The position numbers and the translations under genes are program-made. The notes below the pieces were generated by a model. That model saw nothing but the letters and a program-made list of their open reading frames with translations, searched no databases and was not told the origin of the DNA. Of a stretch of DNA of 64,000 nt, positions 51,535 through 63,447 are shown in pieces. The stretch is from Leucoraja ocellata. Its lineage: Eukaryota. Position 1 is the first letter of the stretch, and each line of letters begins with the position of its first letter. The DNA lies in assembly GCA_036785375.1 (NCBI GenBank), contig JAWMAR010000011.1, positions 7,006,001 through 7,070,000 on the forward strand, written 5' to 3'.

Positions 51535-51612
51535 ATAGTTTTTTATTGGCTTTCAAAATCATACTGAAGATATCAGCTTCATTCGTTTCACTTTGCAACT
51601 TGTTCAAGTCAT
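51535..51612 (-). CDS. Astacin-like metalloprotease, coding exon 3 (propeptide)
   Basis: TTTTCAATTTCAG acceptor, (D)DLNKLQSETNEADIFSMILKANKKL, GTAAGA donor; the 'IL.AN' propeptide motif is typical of hatching-enzyme-like astacins; phase 1/1. Confidence 0.85.
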
Positions 51613-51685
51613 CTGAAATTGAAAAGTTAAAACATAATTTAACAATCATTTATGTCTCAAATTTCACAATATTTGCATATATACA

Positions 51686-52462
51686 GTGGCGTGGCGGTGC
51701 CTATCGGCAGTGGCTCGATTAGTCCGTCTGTCTTTTAAAATGTTTTTGTCTTGTTAAATGTATGTCTTCAGTCTAGTTTTTCTTTAGCTGTGTAAATGTG
51801 GGGGATGAGGAGGGGAAACTGTTAGTCTCTTCCCCGTTCGGGGACCCGACTTTTTCCCTTTCGGGTCCCCAGTGTCGTGGGCCTAACACCGTGGAGCCGG
51901 CGGGGGCCTCCGGCCAGCACCAACCTGAGGGCTCCAGTCACGGAGCCTGCGGCCCAGACATACCGGAGCTCGCCATCTTCGGAGCGGGAAGAGCTGAGGT
52001 GGCGTTCCGACTTTGGAGCTTCGGAGGCTCCGGCCGCAGGCCCGGTGGTCAGGAACATCGGGAGCTCGCAGGTCCCTGGTGGGAGACCGCTTCTCGGAGC
52101 TCCTGCAACGGCAACTTCTCCCGCTGGAATCGCGGGGTTTGAAGGATACGGAGCCGAGCCTAACATCGCCCGGTGTGGCTTAAACGGCCACAGGACTTAC
52201 CATCGCCCGCCGGGGGCTTTAACATCGGGAGCCCCAGTTCGCCTCAACGCTGCAGTTGGACTGCTGGACCGCGGGAGAAGAACAAAGGGAAGAGATAAGA
52301 TTTTGCCTTCCATCACAGTGAGGAGATGTTGGAGATCCACTGTGATGGTTGTTAATGTAAACTGTGTTAAGTGTGGGTCTTGGTTTTTTTTTGTAATGTA
52401 AGACTGTAGAAAATGCAATTTTGTTCAAACCAAGCTGTTTAAATGACAATAAAAGGCATTCT
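51686..52462 (+). mobile_element. Non-autonomous LINE-tailed retroposon, copy D
   Basis: 5' GGCG..AGTCCGTCTGT start like copy C; stems at 51840-51870 and 52310-52348; 3' hairpin plus GACAATAAA. Confidence 0.75.
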
Positions 52463-52494
52463 ATATAATAAACATTCCTATTATTTAATTTTAG

Positions 52495-52820
52495 TTTTTT
52501 TTAGTATTGGAGATACAGCATGGAGTCAGGCCTTTTGGCCCACATAGTCCACACCGGCCATTGATCACCCGTTTGCAGTAGTTCTATGTTATCCCACTTT
52601 TCTCATCAACACCCTACACAACAGGGGCAATTTTAGAGTCCAATTAACCTACAAACCCACATGTCTTTGGGACGTGGGAGGAAACCAGAGCACCCGGAGG
52701 AAACCCATGCGGTCACGGGAAGAACCTATAAACTCCATACAGACAGCCCTCATTACGATCATACCCGGGTCTCTGTCACCATAAGGCAGCAGCTCTACAT
52801 GATGCACCACTGCGTCGCCT
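52495..52820 (-). mobile_element. HE1/V-SINE
   Basis: The reverse strand has a tRNA-like head, V-domain and CR1-like 3' tail with a (CTAAA)-type end. Confidence 0.85.
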
Positions 52821-54214
52821 TTTTTCTAAAGCCTCAAGATCCTAACCCTTAACAGCTAAACCAGTGTAGGCAAAAGAGGCCAGGATAACACAAATCCAAA
52901 GATAGACACAAAATGCTCATAGATGTCACAAAATGCAGAACATGCAGCATCTCTGGAAAGATGGAACACTAATCCAAGCAGTTATATTATGTTTAAAAAT
53001 CTGCAAATCATGCAGCACTGACAGAGTGTATTTCCATCCATTTGCACACCCACCTACCCGCCACATGCCTTATTAAACCACAATGCCTCAATTGGTAAAA
53101 GCACTGTGATAAAAGAAAACTGAGTCACTAAGGCAGATTCACATTTAATGGCTCATTCATACCGAGTTAATTTACCAAACTGAAACATACGAGGTCTTCA
53201 GGGCAAAGGGAAAGTACCAGGCAAGGGTTTCCCTCCTAATTACTATTGAACCCATCATAATCATAGCTGATTATTTGGCCGGAATACCAGAGAATTGCTA
53301 CAGTACACAGTGATATTGAGCAGAACACTAATCATCACTGTAAGCACAAGAAGTTGAGGAAATCATGCTTGTTTCTCATCAACCTGCAAATGCTTTTTTT
53401 TCTGTTGGGTAGAGTATGTATGAAGATATTTTACTATGATTCTGCTGAAAATATTCTATTCGTGCTCTCCCTGTGGAAGTGCTTACCCTATTTGGCCCCA
53501 ACTCCTTATACATTTTGTTACCAACCTCCTATTTTTTAATGATAAATGTGATGTAGAATATTAATGTATTATTTCATCCACATCCATAAAGGAATTGACA
53601 AATACACCACTTCTTAATTTTCCTCACTGCAATTCCTGATTTAGCTTGATTTTAATTTTAGTTTTCATACGTAGCCAACTGATTCACTGAACAACAATAT
53701 TTTATCCATACTCATTCTAAAAAGTCATTTTCAGCAATACAGGTACCTACATTACATTTCCTTACAAAGCCAGTGAATGTAGGGGCAAGGACTCCTTACA
53801 ATCATAATTCACATTTCTTTTGTCCAGACTCTGCAAACAGGACTGAAAATTTAAAGAATTAAGACTGGCAAACTAGAAAATTATTTACTGTGTGAGAGTT
53901 GAGTTCAATTTCAGTAAGCTATCTGATCACCCTGATATGGATTCTATATCCAAATATTTTTTGTATCATTCTCTTTGTACATGGTGTTGAAGAATGTACT
54001 AAACAAGAAGATCCCCTGCTTGACAACTGCCAATAGCTGAAATGTCAGGTAGTATGGGATGATAATAAGTTTCAGATTAACGAGTGGTTCTGCAGAATAC
54101 AACCTGTCCTTTGAACTGATCTGGACAAGAGGCACTGCTGGACGTTTCCTGCAAATTTGACTCTTACCTATTCTCCAGTAATAAACTAGCAAATACCAGA
54201 TTCAGTTCCTCCAT

Positions 54215-54520
54215 ATGCAGCTCAGGAGAGTGCTGCCTCACAGTACCAGTGACCCCGGTTTGATCCTAACCTTGGGACCTGTCTGTGTGGAGTTTGCATG
54301 TTCTCCCTGTGACTACTTGGGTTTCCTCTAGATGTTCTGGTTTCCTCCCACATCTCAAAGACATGCAGAGTATAAGTTAATTGGCCTTTGTACGTTGCCC
54401 TGACTATGTAAGGAGTGAATGTGGGATAACATAGAACCAGTGTTATTGGGTAATTTATGGTCAGTGTGAACTCAGTGGGCCGAAGAGCCTATTTCCATGC
54501 TGGATTTCTACACTAAACTA
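54215..54520 (+). mobile_element. HE1/V-SINE
   Basis: GCTGCCTCACAG..GGTTTGATCC, GGAGTTTGCATGTTCTCCC, 3' GGGCCGAAGAGCCT plus (CTAAA)n. Confidence 0.85.
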
Positions 54521-54959
54521 AATATATGTATGTGAAATCTATATTTTCCCAAGTAAAGCATTATTTACTTGAAATTGAATTACTCAATTTGTTAGGCACT
54601 AAATACAATTAAAAAAAAAAAAATTTGCCCATAATGTTTGTGCCGAACATGACGCCAAGTTAAACTGATCGCATCTTGCTGCACATGATCTATAACCCTC
54701 TAATACTTGCACTTCCATGTACCTATCTAAAAGCCTCTTACATGTCAGTATTGTATTGCCTCCAAAACAACGCCTTCCAGGCACCTACCACTCTCCGCAT
54801 AAAAAAACTTGCCCCTCACATCTCCATATAACCATATAACAATTACAGCATGGAAACAGGCCATCTCAGCCCTTCTAGTCTGTGCCAAACACTTACTCTC
54901 ACCTAGTCCCATCTACCTGCACTCAGACCATTCCTTTCGCGTCCATATACCTATCCAAT

Positions 54960-55336
54960 TTCCAGCTCGGCCTGTGGACTTCGAGAGCTGCAGTCTCCGG
55001 TAGGAAGTGGCCGATTCTGAAACTCCAAGCTGCTGTGAATGTTTTCCGTTACAATGCCGGAGCTCCGATCATCCCGGCAAGAGGGCCTGAAACACCGGGC
55101 CGCCCGTAGCGGCGACTGCGGAGGGTTCAAAGGCCCCGACCACAGGTGAACAAAGAGGAAGATGACTGAACTTTATTGCCTTCCCTCACAGTGGGGAAAC
55201 TCTGATTCTGCTGTGTGGGGATGTTCATGTTAAATTCTATCGTGTATTGGGTTCTTTTTATTCGTATGGCTGCATGGTAATTTAAATCTCACTGTACCAA
55301 TTGGTGCATGTGATAATAAATGTAACTTGAACTTGA
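54960..55336 (+). mobile_element. Non-autonomous LINE-tailed retroposon, 5'-truncated copy E
   Basis: TTGCCTTCCCTCACAG..CTGTGTGGGG stem, 3' hairpin, AATAAA plus (AACTTG)n tail. Confidence 0.65.
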
Positions 55337-56000
55337 CAGGTTGGGAGAGTGGGAAAAGAAGTGGCAGATGGAATACAGCATAGCAAAATGTGCCATCACG
55401 CAATTTGGTAGTAGGATTAAAAGCGTAGACTATTTTCTAAATGAGGATTCAGAGATTGGAGGTGTAAAGGGACTTGGAAGTGCTGGTGCAGAATTCCCAG
55501 AAAGTTAATTTGAAAGTTGAATGTATTAACAAAGGCAAATGCAATGTTGCATTTATTTCAAGAGGACTAGAATATAAAAACAGGGATGTAATGATTTTTT
55601 AAGGCACTGGTCAAACTGCACTTGGGAGTATTGTGAGAAGTTTTAAGCCCCATACTTGAGGAAGCATGCGCTAGCGTTGGAGTGGGTCCTAGTGGGATAG
55701 TCTAGGACCAGATGGCATAGCCTCAGAATAAAAAGACATACTTTTAGAAAGATGCGGAGGAATTTCTTTAGTCAAAGGGAGGTGAATTTGTGGAATTCAT
55801 TGCCACAAATGGCTGTGGAGGCCAAGTCATTCGGTATTCTTAAGGCAGAGATTGACAGTCATGATTAGTAATGGTATCAAGGGTTATAGAGTAAAGGCAG
55901 TAGAATGTGGTTAAGAGGGATAGATAGATCTGCCATGATTGAATGGCAGAGTAGACTCAATGGGCCGAATGACCTAATTCTGCTCCTATGGCATACGAAC
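55337..56000 (+). mobile_element. CR1 LINE 3' fragment
   Basis: EWEKKWQMEY, RDLEV-like motifs and the CR1 3' UTR hairpin GGGCCGAATGACCT. Confidence 0.82.
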
Positions 56001-56024
56001 AAAGCCATCAATTCTATCATCCAA

Positions 56025-57105
56025 GGTAGACAATGCTGGAGAAACTCAGCGGGTGAGGCAGCATCTATCGAGTGAAGGAGTAGGTGACCTTTTGGGTTGA
56101 GACCCTCCTTCGGATTGATGTGGGGGTGGATGGGAAGAAGAAAGTAAGAGGCAGAGACAGTAGGCTGTGGTAAAGCTGGGAAGGGGAGGGGAAGGAGGGA
56201 GAAAGCAAGGACTACCTGAAATTGGAGACGTCAATGTTCAAATCGCTGGGGTGTAAACTACCCAAGCAAATCTAAGGTGCTGCTCCTCAATTTGGGTGGG
56301 ACTCAGGTTCTGGCCTGGCAGCCGGCCCCAGCTCATCAAGTGCATCTGCTGTTCTGAGGGGAGTTCGAAGCTGCTCGAGCACCGGTGAGACCAATGCAGG
56401 CTTGGCTATCGCTTCGTCCAACACCTCCAAGCGATCGCCAAGCCTGCACTTGGTCTCACCGATGTAGAGCAGTTGACACCTAGAACAGCAGATGCAATAG
56501 ATGAGATTGGAGGAGGTGCAGGCGAACCTCTGCCTCACCTGGAAAGACTGCTTGGGTACTTGGATGGAGTCGAGGGGGGAGGTAAAGCGACAAGTGTAGC
56601 ATTTCCTGCAGTTGCAAGGGAAAGTATCGGGGTGGTTTGGGTGGGAAGGGACGAATTGACCAAGGAGTTACTGGGAGCGGTCTGCAGAAAGCCGAAATGG
56701 GAGGAGATGGGAAGATGTGGACAGTGATGGGATCCCCTTGGAGGTGGCGAAAATGTCAGAGGATTATCTGTTGTATGTGACGGCTGGTAGGGTGGAAGGT
56801 GAGGACAAGGGGGACTCTGTCTTTGTTACGAGTGGGGGGGGATGGGGAGCGAGAGCGGAGCTATGGGATATAGAGGAGACCCTGGTGAGAGCCTCATCTA
56901 TAGTTGAAGAGGGGAACCCCCATAAATAATGAGGACATCTCTGATGCCCTGGTTTGGAACACCTCATCCTGGGTGCGGATGCAGCGTAGATGGAGGAATT
57001 GGGCGTAGGGGATAGAGTCCTTACAGGAAGCAGGGTGGGAAGAAGTGTAGTCCAGATAGTCATGGGAGTCAGTGGGTTTGTAGTAGATGTCAGTCAGTAG
57101 TCTGT
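56025..57105 (-). mobile_element. Degenerate Penelope fragment with local inversion
   Basis: RQRFACTSSNLIYCICCSRCQLLYIGETK (ORF 56287-56538); 3' tail with decayed hammerhead. Confidence 0.88.
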
Positions 57106-57109
57106 TATA

Positions 57110-58200
57110 TCATCTATCATCCAGATCATTAACATATAATGTGAAAAGTAGCGGACCCAACAATCACCCCTATCGAACACCACTAGTTACCAGCCACCAA
57201 TCAGTAAAAAGTCTCCTTACTCCCACTCTTTGCCAGTAAGCCAATCTTCTATTCATGCTAGCACCTTGCCTCTAGTACCAAGGGCTCCTATCTTGTTTTA
57301 GCAGCCTCACATGCCACACCTTCTGCAAATCCAAGTAAACAACATCCATTTACATTTATTTCCTGATTGTTACTTTCTCAAAGAATTCCAATAGATCCGT
57401 CAGGCAAGATGTCCCTTAACAAAACATTGTTGACTTCAGCCTATTTTATCATATGCTTCGAAGTATCCCAAAATTTTCTCAATAGTGGACTCTAAAATCT
57501 TATCAATCACAGAAGTCAGGCTAACCGGCCTATAGATTCCCCTCTTTTGCTTTGCTCCCTTCTTGAACAGTGGAATAACATTTGCAATTTTCCAGTTCTC
57601 TGTGAGCTCTCCTGACTCTCGTGATTCTTGCAAGGTGACTATTAATGCCTCCACAATCTCTGCACCTACCTTTCAGAACCCTGGGGTGTAGTCCACCTGG
57701 TCCAGGTGACGTAGCTACCTTCAGACCTTTCAGCTTCTCAAGCACCTTCACCTTAGTAATACCAACTCCACTAACCTCTGCCCCCTCTCTTGAATATCAG
57801 GTACGTTGCTGGTGTCTTCCACTATGAAGACTAATGCACTAAACATATTCAATTAATCTGCCATTACTTTATTCCCCATTACTACTTCTCCAGTGTCATT
57901 TTACAGCAGTCCAATGTCCAATTTTGCCTCCCTTTTTTTCTTATATATTTGAAGAAACTTTTGCTATCTTTTTTATATTATTTGCTAACTTACCCTCATA
58001 TTTCATCTTTTCTCCTTTTAAGTTAGCTTCTGTTGGTTTTTAAAAGCTTGCCAATCTTCTAGCTTTTCGCTAATCTTTACAATATTATATGTCGTCTTTT
58101 TTAGGTTTAGGCTGTCCTTGACTTTCTTTGTCAGCCAAGGTCACCTCATTCTCCCCTTAGAATCTTTCTTCACTTTGAGTTGAAAAGATCCTTTGCCTCT
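57110..58200 (-). mobile_element. CR1 LINE ORF2 fragment
   Basis: SPGPGGLHPRVLK and NWKIANVIPLFKKG..YRPVSLTS. Confidence 0.87.
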
Positions 58201-58352
58201 CTCCCATTTCCTTAGCTCCATCGATGCTGCCTCACCCGCTAATTAATTGTACCAGTTATGAATTACCTTCTCTTTTAAATTATTATAATATTTTATTAGA
58301 TCTGCTTTAAAATTTGATAATGCATATGCAAGACTTTACATAAAACACAAAC

Positions 58353-58380
58353 CTTGACTTGTTGAATTCACATAGTTCAC
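58353..58380 (-). CDS. Astacin-like metalloprotease, coding exon 2 (28 nt, propeptide)
   Basis: TTTCTTTTCGTGCAG acceptor, VNYVNSTSQ+G, GTTTGT donor; phase 0 in and phase 1 out, matching both neighbours. Confidence 0.7.
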
Positions 58381-58462
58381 CTGCACGAAAAGAAATCTGA
58401 GTTACATGAAACGCAAATAAATTAGGTATAAACAAATAATGTTATATCTCATCATCTCTTAC

Positions 58463-58522
58463 CAATGTTGTTATGATGCACCTGAGGAATAAGATAAACA
58501 GAGCTACATTACTGAAGTCCAT
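58463..58522 (-). CDS. Astacin/hatching-enzyme-like metalloprotease, coding exon 1 (signal peptide)
   Basis: ATG in AAAATGG context; translates MDFSNVALFILFLRCIITTL (hydrophobic leader); followed by GTAAGA donor, phase 0; 82-nt intron to next exon. Confidence 0.8.
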
Positions 58523-59159
58523 TTTCTCCTCTCTCCTCTGAGGCAGATTGAGCCAGACCTGAACACACTAAGGGGAAAAACATCAAATAACCATGTGTAA
58601 TTTTACCTAAAAATTATACTGCCTGAAAACATGTAACAACTTAATTGAACTTAAGTTGCAGTAGAGAAGTTGTCTCTTGGCTGATACTGACACTATAAAC
58701 TGCTATACCTCTATCACAAAGGGCAGAGTGACCTAAACCTTCCATTTTATTGCAATTTGAGAAGGAAATTATCAAATCAGTTACCAGAGATACAACATCT
58801 TCAGAAAAATTATCACTAATTCAATTTTTTTGTTGCAGAACTATTAACAAATGATATTAATGACCAAAAGCAAAATATTAACACCGTAGCACCTGCTTTG
58901 AGGCCATGACAACTAGGACTGAGAAGGAACAGTGTAGCACCTGACTTTCAAATTAGGAATGAAGAAGATGATACCAACCATATTGGAAATTTAGAGAAAT
59001 GATAGATAAGTGTAAGGGATGCTTTTTGGGACGTCAAATGCAACAGAAAATTATGCAGTAAATGGCAGAACGTTTAGGAGCATTGATTTGCAGAGGTCTG
59101 CAAGTCCATAAGGTCACTGGAGAATGTGAAAAACTCCACTCAGACCTAATGTGCTTTGT

Positions 59160-59528
59160 GGAAAGTGTCATGGGGTTAGATAGGCTAGATGCAGGAAGAT
59201 TATTCCCATGTTGGGGAAGTCTAGAACAAGGGGTCACAGTTTAAGGATAAGAGGGAAGTCTTTTAGGACCGAGATGAGAAAATCATTTTTACACAGAGAG
59301 TGGTGAATCTGTGGAATTCTCTGCCACAGAAGGTAGTTGAGGCCAGTTCATTGGCTAGATTTAAGAGGGAGTTAGATGTGGCCCTTGTGGCTAAAGGGAT
59401 CAGGGGGTATGGAGAGAAGGCAGGTATGCGATATTGATTGGGATGATCAGCCATGATCATATGGAATGGCGGTGCAGGCTAAAAGGCCCGAATGGCCTAC
59501 TCCTGCACCTATTTTCTATGTTTCTATG
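59160..59528 (+). mobile_element. CR1 LINE 3' end
   Basis: FTQRVVNLWNSLP motif; GGCCCGAATGGCC hairpin and (TTCTATGT)n tail. Confidence 0.88.
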
Positions 59529-59700
59529 GGGTGAGGATATACTGCGGATATACTGCTTCTGATGTGACACCAAGGATTTTGATGGTGATGGAAGACACAA
59601 TATTGCATGGCAGGTTTAGGTGTATTATTGTCACATGTACCAAGATACTGTGAAAAGCTTTGTTTTGTATGCTATTCAATCAAAGTCAGATTATACAATA

Positions 59701-60379
59701 CAGTAAACCTCTTTTTAATGGACCACTTTATAATGAATTATGGATATGGATCTGTTCCCTGCTCGGTTGCCGCAGCTTCCTCCTCCTGTCACTTTCTCCA
59801 GTCAGCCTCTCCGCTGTTGTACTGCTGCCTCCTCCTCCTTCTTCTTCGCTCTGTCCACTCAGCCACTACCCCCCCCCCCCCCCCTCCACCACCTCCTACT
59901 CCTCCTTCTCCCCAGAGTCCGACATGCTCCACGTTGGGAGTGATGGTATGTCAGAGGGGAGCGAGCCCCAAGGTGACTGAGTGCTTCTTGTCTTTGGCAG
60001 TGACCTGAAGAAAGCGCTGCCGGTCAGGGGCTACAACGTGAGCTGCAACAACAGCCACATCAACCGATAAAGAAGGGCTTGCTGGTAAAGACCAGTGGTA
60101 TCGGCAGCTGGTTTGACATAAAGTGCTGGAGTAACTCAACAGACTGAATCAGTCTGAAGAAGGGTCCTGACATTAAACATCACCTATTCATGTTCTCCAG
60201 TGATGCTGCCTGACACGCTGAGTTACTCTAGCACTTTGTGTCTCTTTTGTCTTTTAACTGTCAACTGCATTTATTTTTTTCAACTACATACAATGATAAT
60301 ACCTTACACAGTTGTACAGACAATCGGCTATAACGGACACCATTCCCCCCCTATGATCTATTATAACGAGGGTTTACTG
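59701..60379. mobile_element. pogo/Tigger-like MITE
   Basis: TA-CAGTAAACCTC.. and ..GAGGGTTTACTG-TA terminal inverted repeats with TA duplication; no transposase. Confidence 0.7.
60115..60242 (+). mobile_element. 128-bp Penelope-tail-derived mini element with inverted ends
   Basis: 24-bp inverted arms (22/24 identical) enclose a decayed hammerhead core. Confidence 0.65.
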
Positions 60380-63300
60380 TATATAAATACTATTAAGCCA
60401 AACCCAAGTACAATAGAGAGAGTGATAATGAAGATACATAGTACAGAAGACGCTGACCTGCAAGGACAAGCCTGAGACCGCCAGCACTCCCTCACCCGCC
60501 CACAGACGATGAGGGATTGTACCACCACATGGAGTACAAAGAGTGAGCCACTGGGACAAACCCAGGCTGACTGGTTCCCCTCTTTGATGCCAAGACTGAG
60601 CCTCCAGGACTAGACCAAGACTGCCAAAATCTCCTGCCAAGGCAAGATTGCACAGCTGGGACTTGCCCAAGACTACTGGTACCATCTATGACGTCAAGAC
60701 TGAGCAGCCGGGACATGCCCGAAACCACTGAATCTCCTCACGAGGAAAGAATGAGCAGCTGGGACAAGTCCAAGACAGCTAGCAGCACCTCCGAGGCCAA
60801 CACTGAGGCAACAGGGATAAGCCCAAGATTGCCAATGCCTCCTCACATGCCCACAGAAAACGAGGGACCTCTTGTCACTATCATCCTTCACTATAAATAA
60901 ATAATGCGAGTTCATATAGTCATGGTCAACCCGGCATCTTTTTCCAATGTCTTTCTTCACTGTAAGAGAAATACTAATTGAGAACCTTGTCCATCTTCTG
61001 TGGCTCCAAGTAAAATTGACCACTTTGATTCCTGAGGGGTCCCACACTCTCTGGTTACTCTTTTTCACTTTATGTAATTATAAGATCTATTGGGATTATA
61101 TCTTCCTACAGTTTAGAACTGTTATTATGCACTATCATCCACAATACCAACTTTGGTATTATCAAACATGTGGCCCCTTCAAGAGAGTCTTTTTGAGCCC
61201 TGTTGAATACCTCCCATCACAACAACTATTGTTGACCTTTGTTTTCTGCCGAACCAATTTTTATCATAACAGGTCATTTCAATTTTGATCCCTTGGGCTT
61301 TTACATTCCTAACTGTACTCCGTGTCAGACATTAATTCCTGGCAAAGATTTACATACACTGCATCACTACCATCATTGACACTTGTTGCCTCCTCTAGGC
61401 ATTTAATCAGGTTAGGCAGACACATTTCAACCTGCTGATTATTCTCGATTAACCTGTGGCCTCTATACAATCACTATCCCTGATTGATCCACATAGCTTG
61501 CTCTTGACTTCTCAGACTTGGGCTCAAAGCAGCCTATACAACAGGAAAACAATGTTCTGTGCTTGGTCTCTCAATCAATTAGAATTTGTGGTCCAAGGGA
61601 TAGTTTGGAAGTTCAGTTGGGAGTATTTTGTGGAAACAGCTATTATGGTATCCCTCCAGTGCCTTGACATGATTGCTGGACACAGTTCAAATCTTAAGAG
61701 AAAACAGGACAGAAATCACTACTGTCCAGTAGACAATTGACATCTAAGCTTGGTTTGAGGTCTTGATCTTCTAGAGGTCTCCCTGGTGTCTGCTCTAGAT
61801 AAAAACATATCCAGTATCCTCCAGCACTATCTCCTAGAGGTTTGAGAAATGCTTCACGCCATGCATTTTGTTTAAAACAGTGGATATGATCTTCATGCAA
61901 CAATCCAAAGTAGAATGCAAAGAGCAGCACTAACCCCACTAAGCACATCCTTTTTCAACTTCACTAAAAGGTTGAAAAGTCTCTGTTTTACTTGANNNNN
62001 NNNNNNNNNNNNNNNNNNNNNNNNNNNNNNNNNNNNNNNNNNNNNNNNNNNNNNNNNNNNNNNNNNNNNNNNNNNNNNNNNNNNNNNNNNNNNNNNNNNN
62101 NNNNNNNNNNNNNNNNNNNNNNNAATGGGAAACAAGGAGATTACAAACATTCAGGGTTATGCCTGATTTGACATGTATATTGCTGGTTTGGCTGTGGCTC
62201 AGCTGAAAGCCTTGTCTCAAAAATATGTGAGCAATGGGTTTCATGTCCCTGCACCATGAACATCCAAATCTTGGTTAACATTTCAGTGCAGTATGGAGGA
62301 GTACAGTATTGTTGGAAGTGAGCTTTTTCAAATGGGATAGAATACAGAATAATATAGCACAGGAAAAGGCCCTTAGGCCAGTGTCTGAGTTGATCATGAT
62401 GGAGTTGCTAAACCAAATCCCATTTCAGATATAAATGTCCTTTCAGATATAAAATAAAACCATTGCACAATTTTCAAACAGCAGAAGAGTTACTCCTAAT
62501 GTAATACCTAATCAAGATAATGAAAACATTATGACAGTATCAAATTGCTCATTGTGATATCTTAATCTGCAAAACTTCTACTTTTCCTGCATTCAAACTT
62601 TGACAGGTTCAATCATCTGAAAAAATCTACATCATCTTTAAAGGCACTATGCAAAAATACATACGACTTAGAAGTTGTCGGCCAAGCAGTCCTCAACCTT
62701 TCTGTATTTTATAAGATCATGGCTTATCTAATTATAACCTCAACATGGGTTCATATTTAATGGGCCATGGGCTGCAGGTCCTAAAGGGAAGTTTGTCTTT
62801 CAAAGCATTAAAAAAGGTTTAAAATTGAAACATTTTTGCCAAGGTAGGGAACAGCTGTGGAACGGAGCTCATCCACATCCATGAGTTAAAATCATTAAAC
62901 GTTGGCAAAGGTCTTTTCATTGTATTTCTGCTTGCTGATTATTCATGAAGCTTCTACCTAGCCAATGAGGTGTGTTCTACAGCTGCAAATAGACTTGGAA
63001 TAAGGCCAGGATATAAATACCAGAGAAAGGCAATTTGTTCTGATTTGCTTTGAATTCATTTTAGTGAAATTGTAAGATTAGTGGTAAGCTGTGAGCCAAG
63101 TACAGCAGCTCGAATGTGGACAGACATGGAGAAGAGGGGCACAATGACTGGATCCACGGATGGGTGGAAGGACGCTGAAGGACAGACCTGGGCCTACAAC
63201 TCAGGAGGTGCGGGTGATGTGGCTGGATCCAGAGCTGGGGTGGAAGGGGCAATGGTGGGCAGATCTGGAGCCTGGAGTGGGGAGAAATGAGGGCATGGTC

Positions 63301-63447
63301 CAGTGCAAGGTTGGGAGTGGAATTGGAAACATTCCTCAACCCAAAACCGAAGGGAGGGGGAGGTAGGTTGTGGGATGAGGGCTGTAGTGGTAGGGTAATT
63401 GTAAGCAGGGGAATGGGGTGGTGGGGGATGTGTGTTGGAGTGGACAA

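Noticed and set aside
60440-61990. Possible old retroelement or coding relic
   Set aside because: No motif I can identify with confidence; it needs a profile search.
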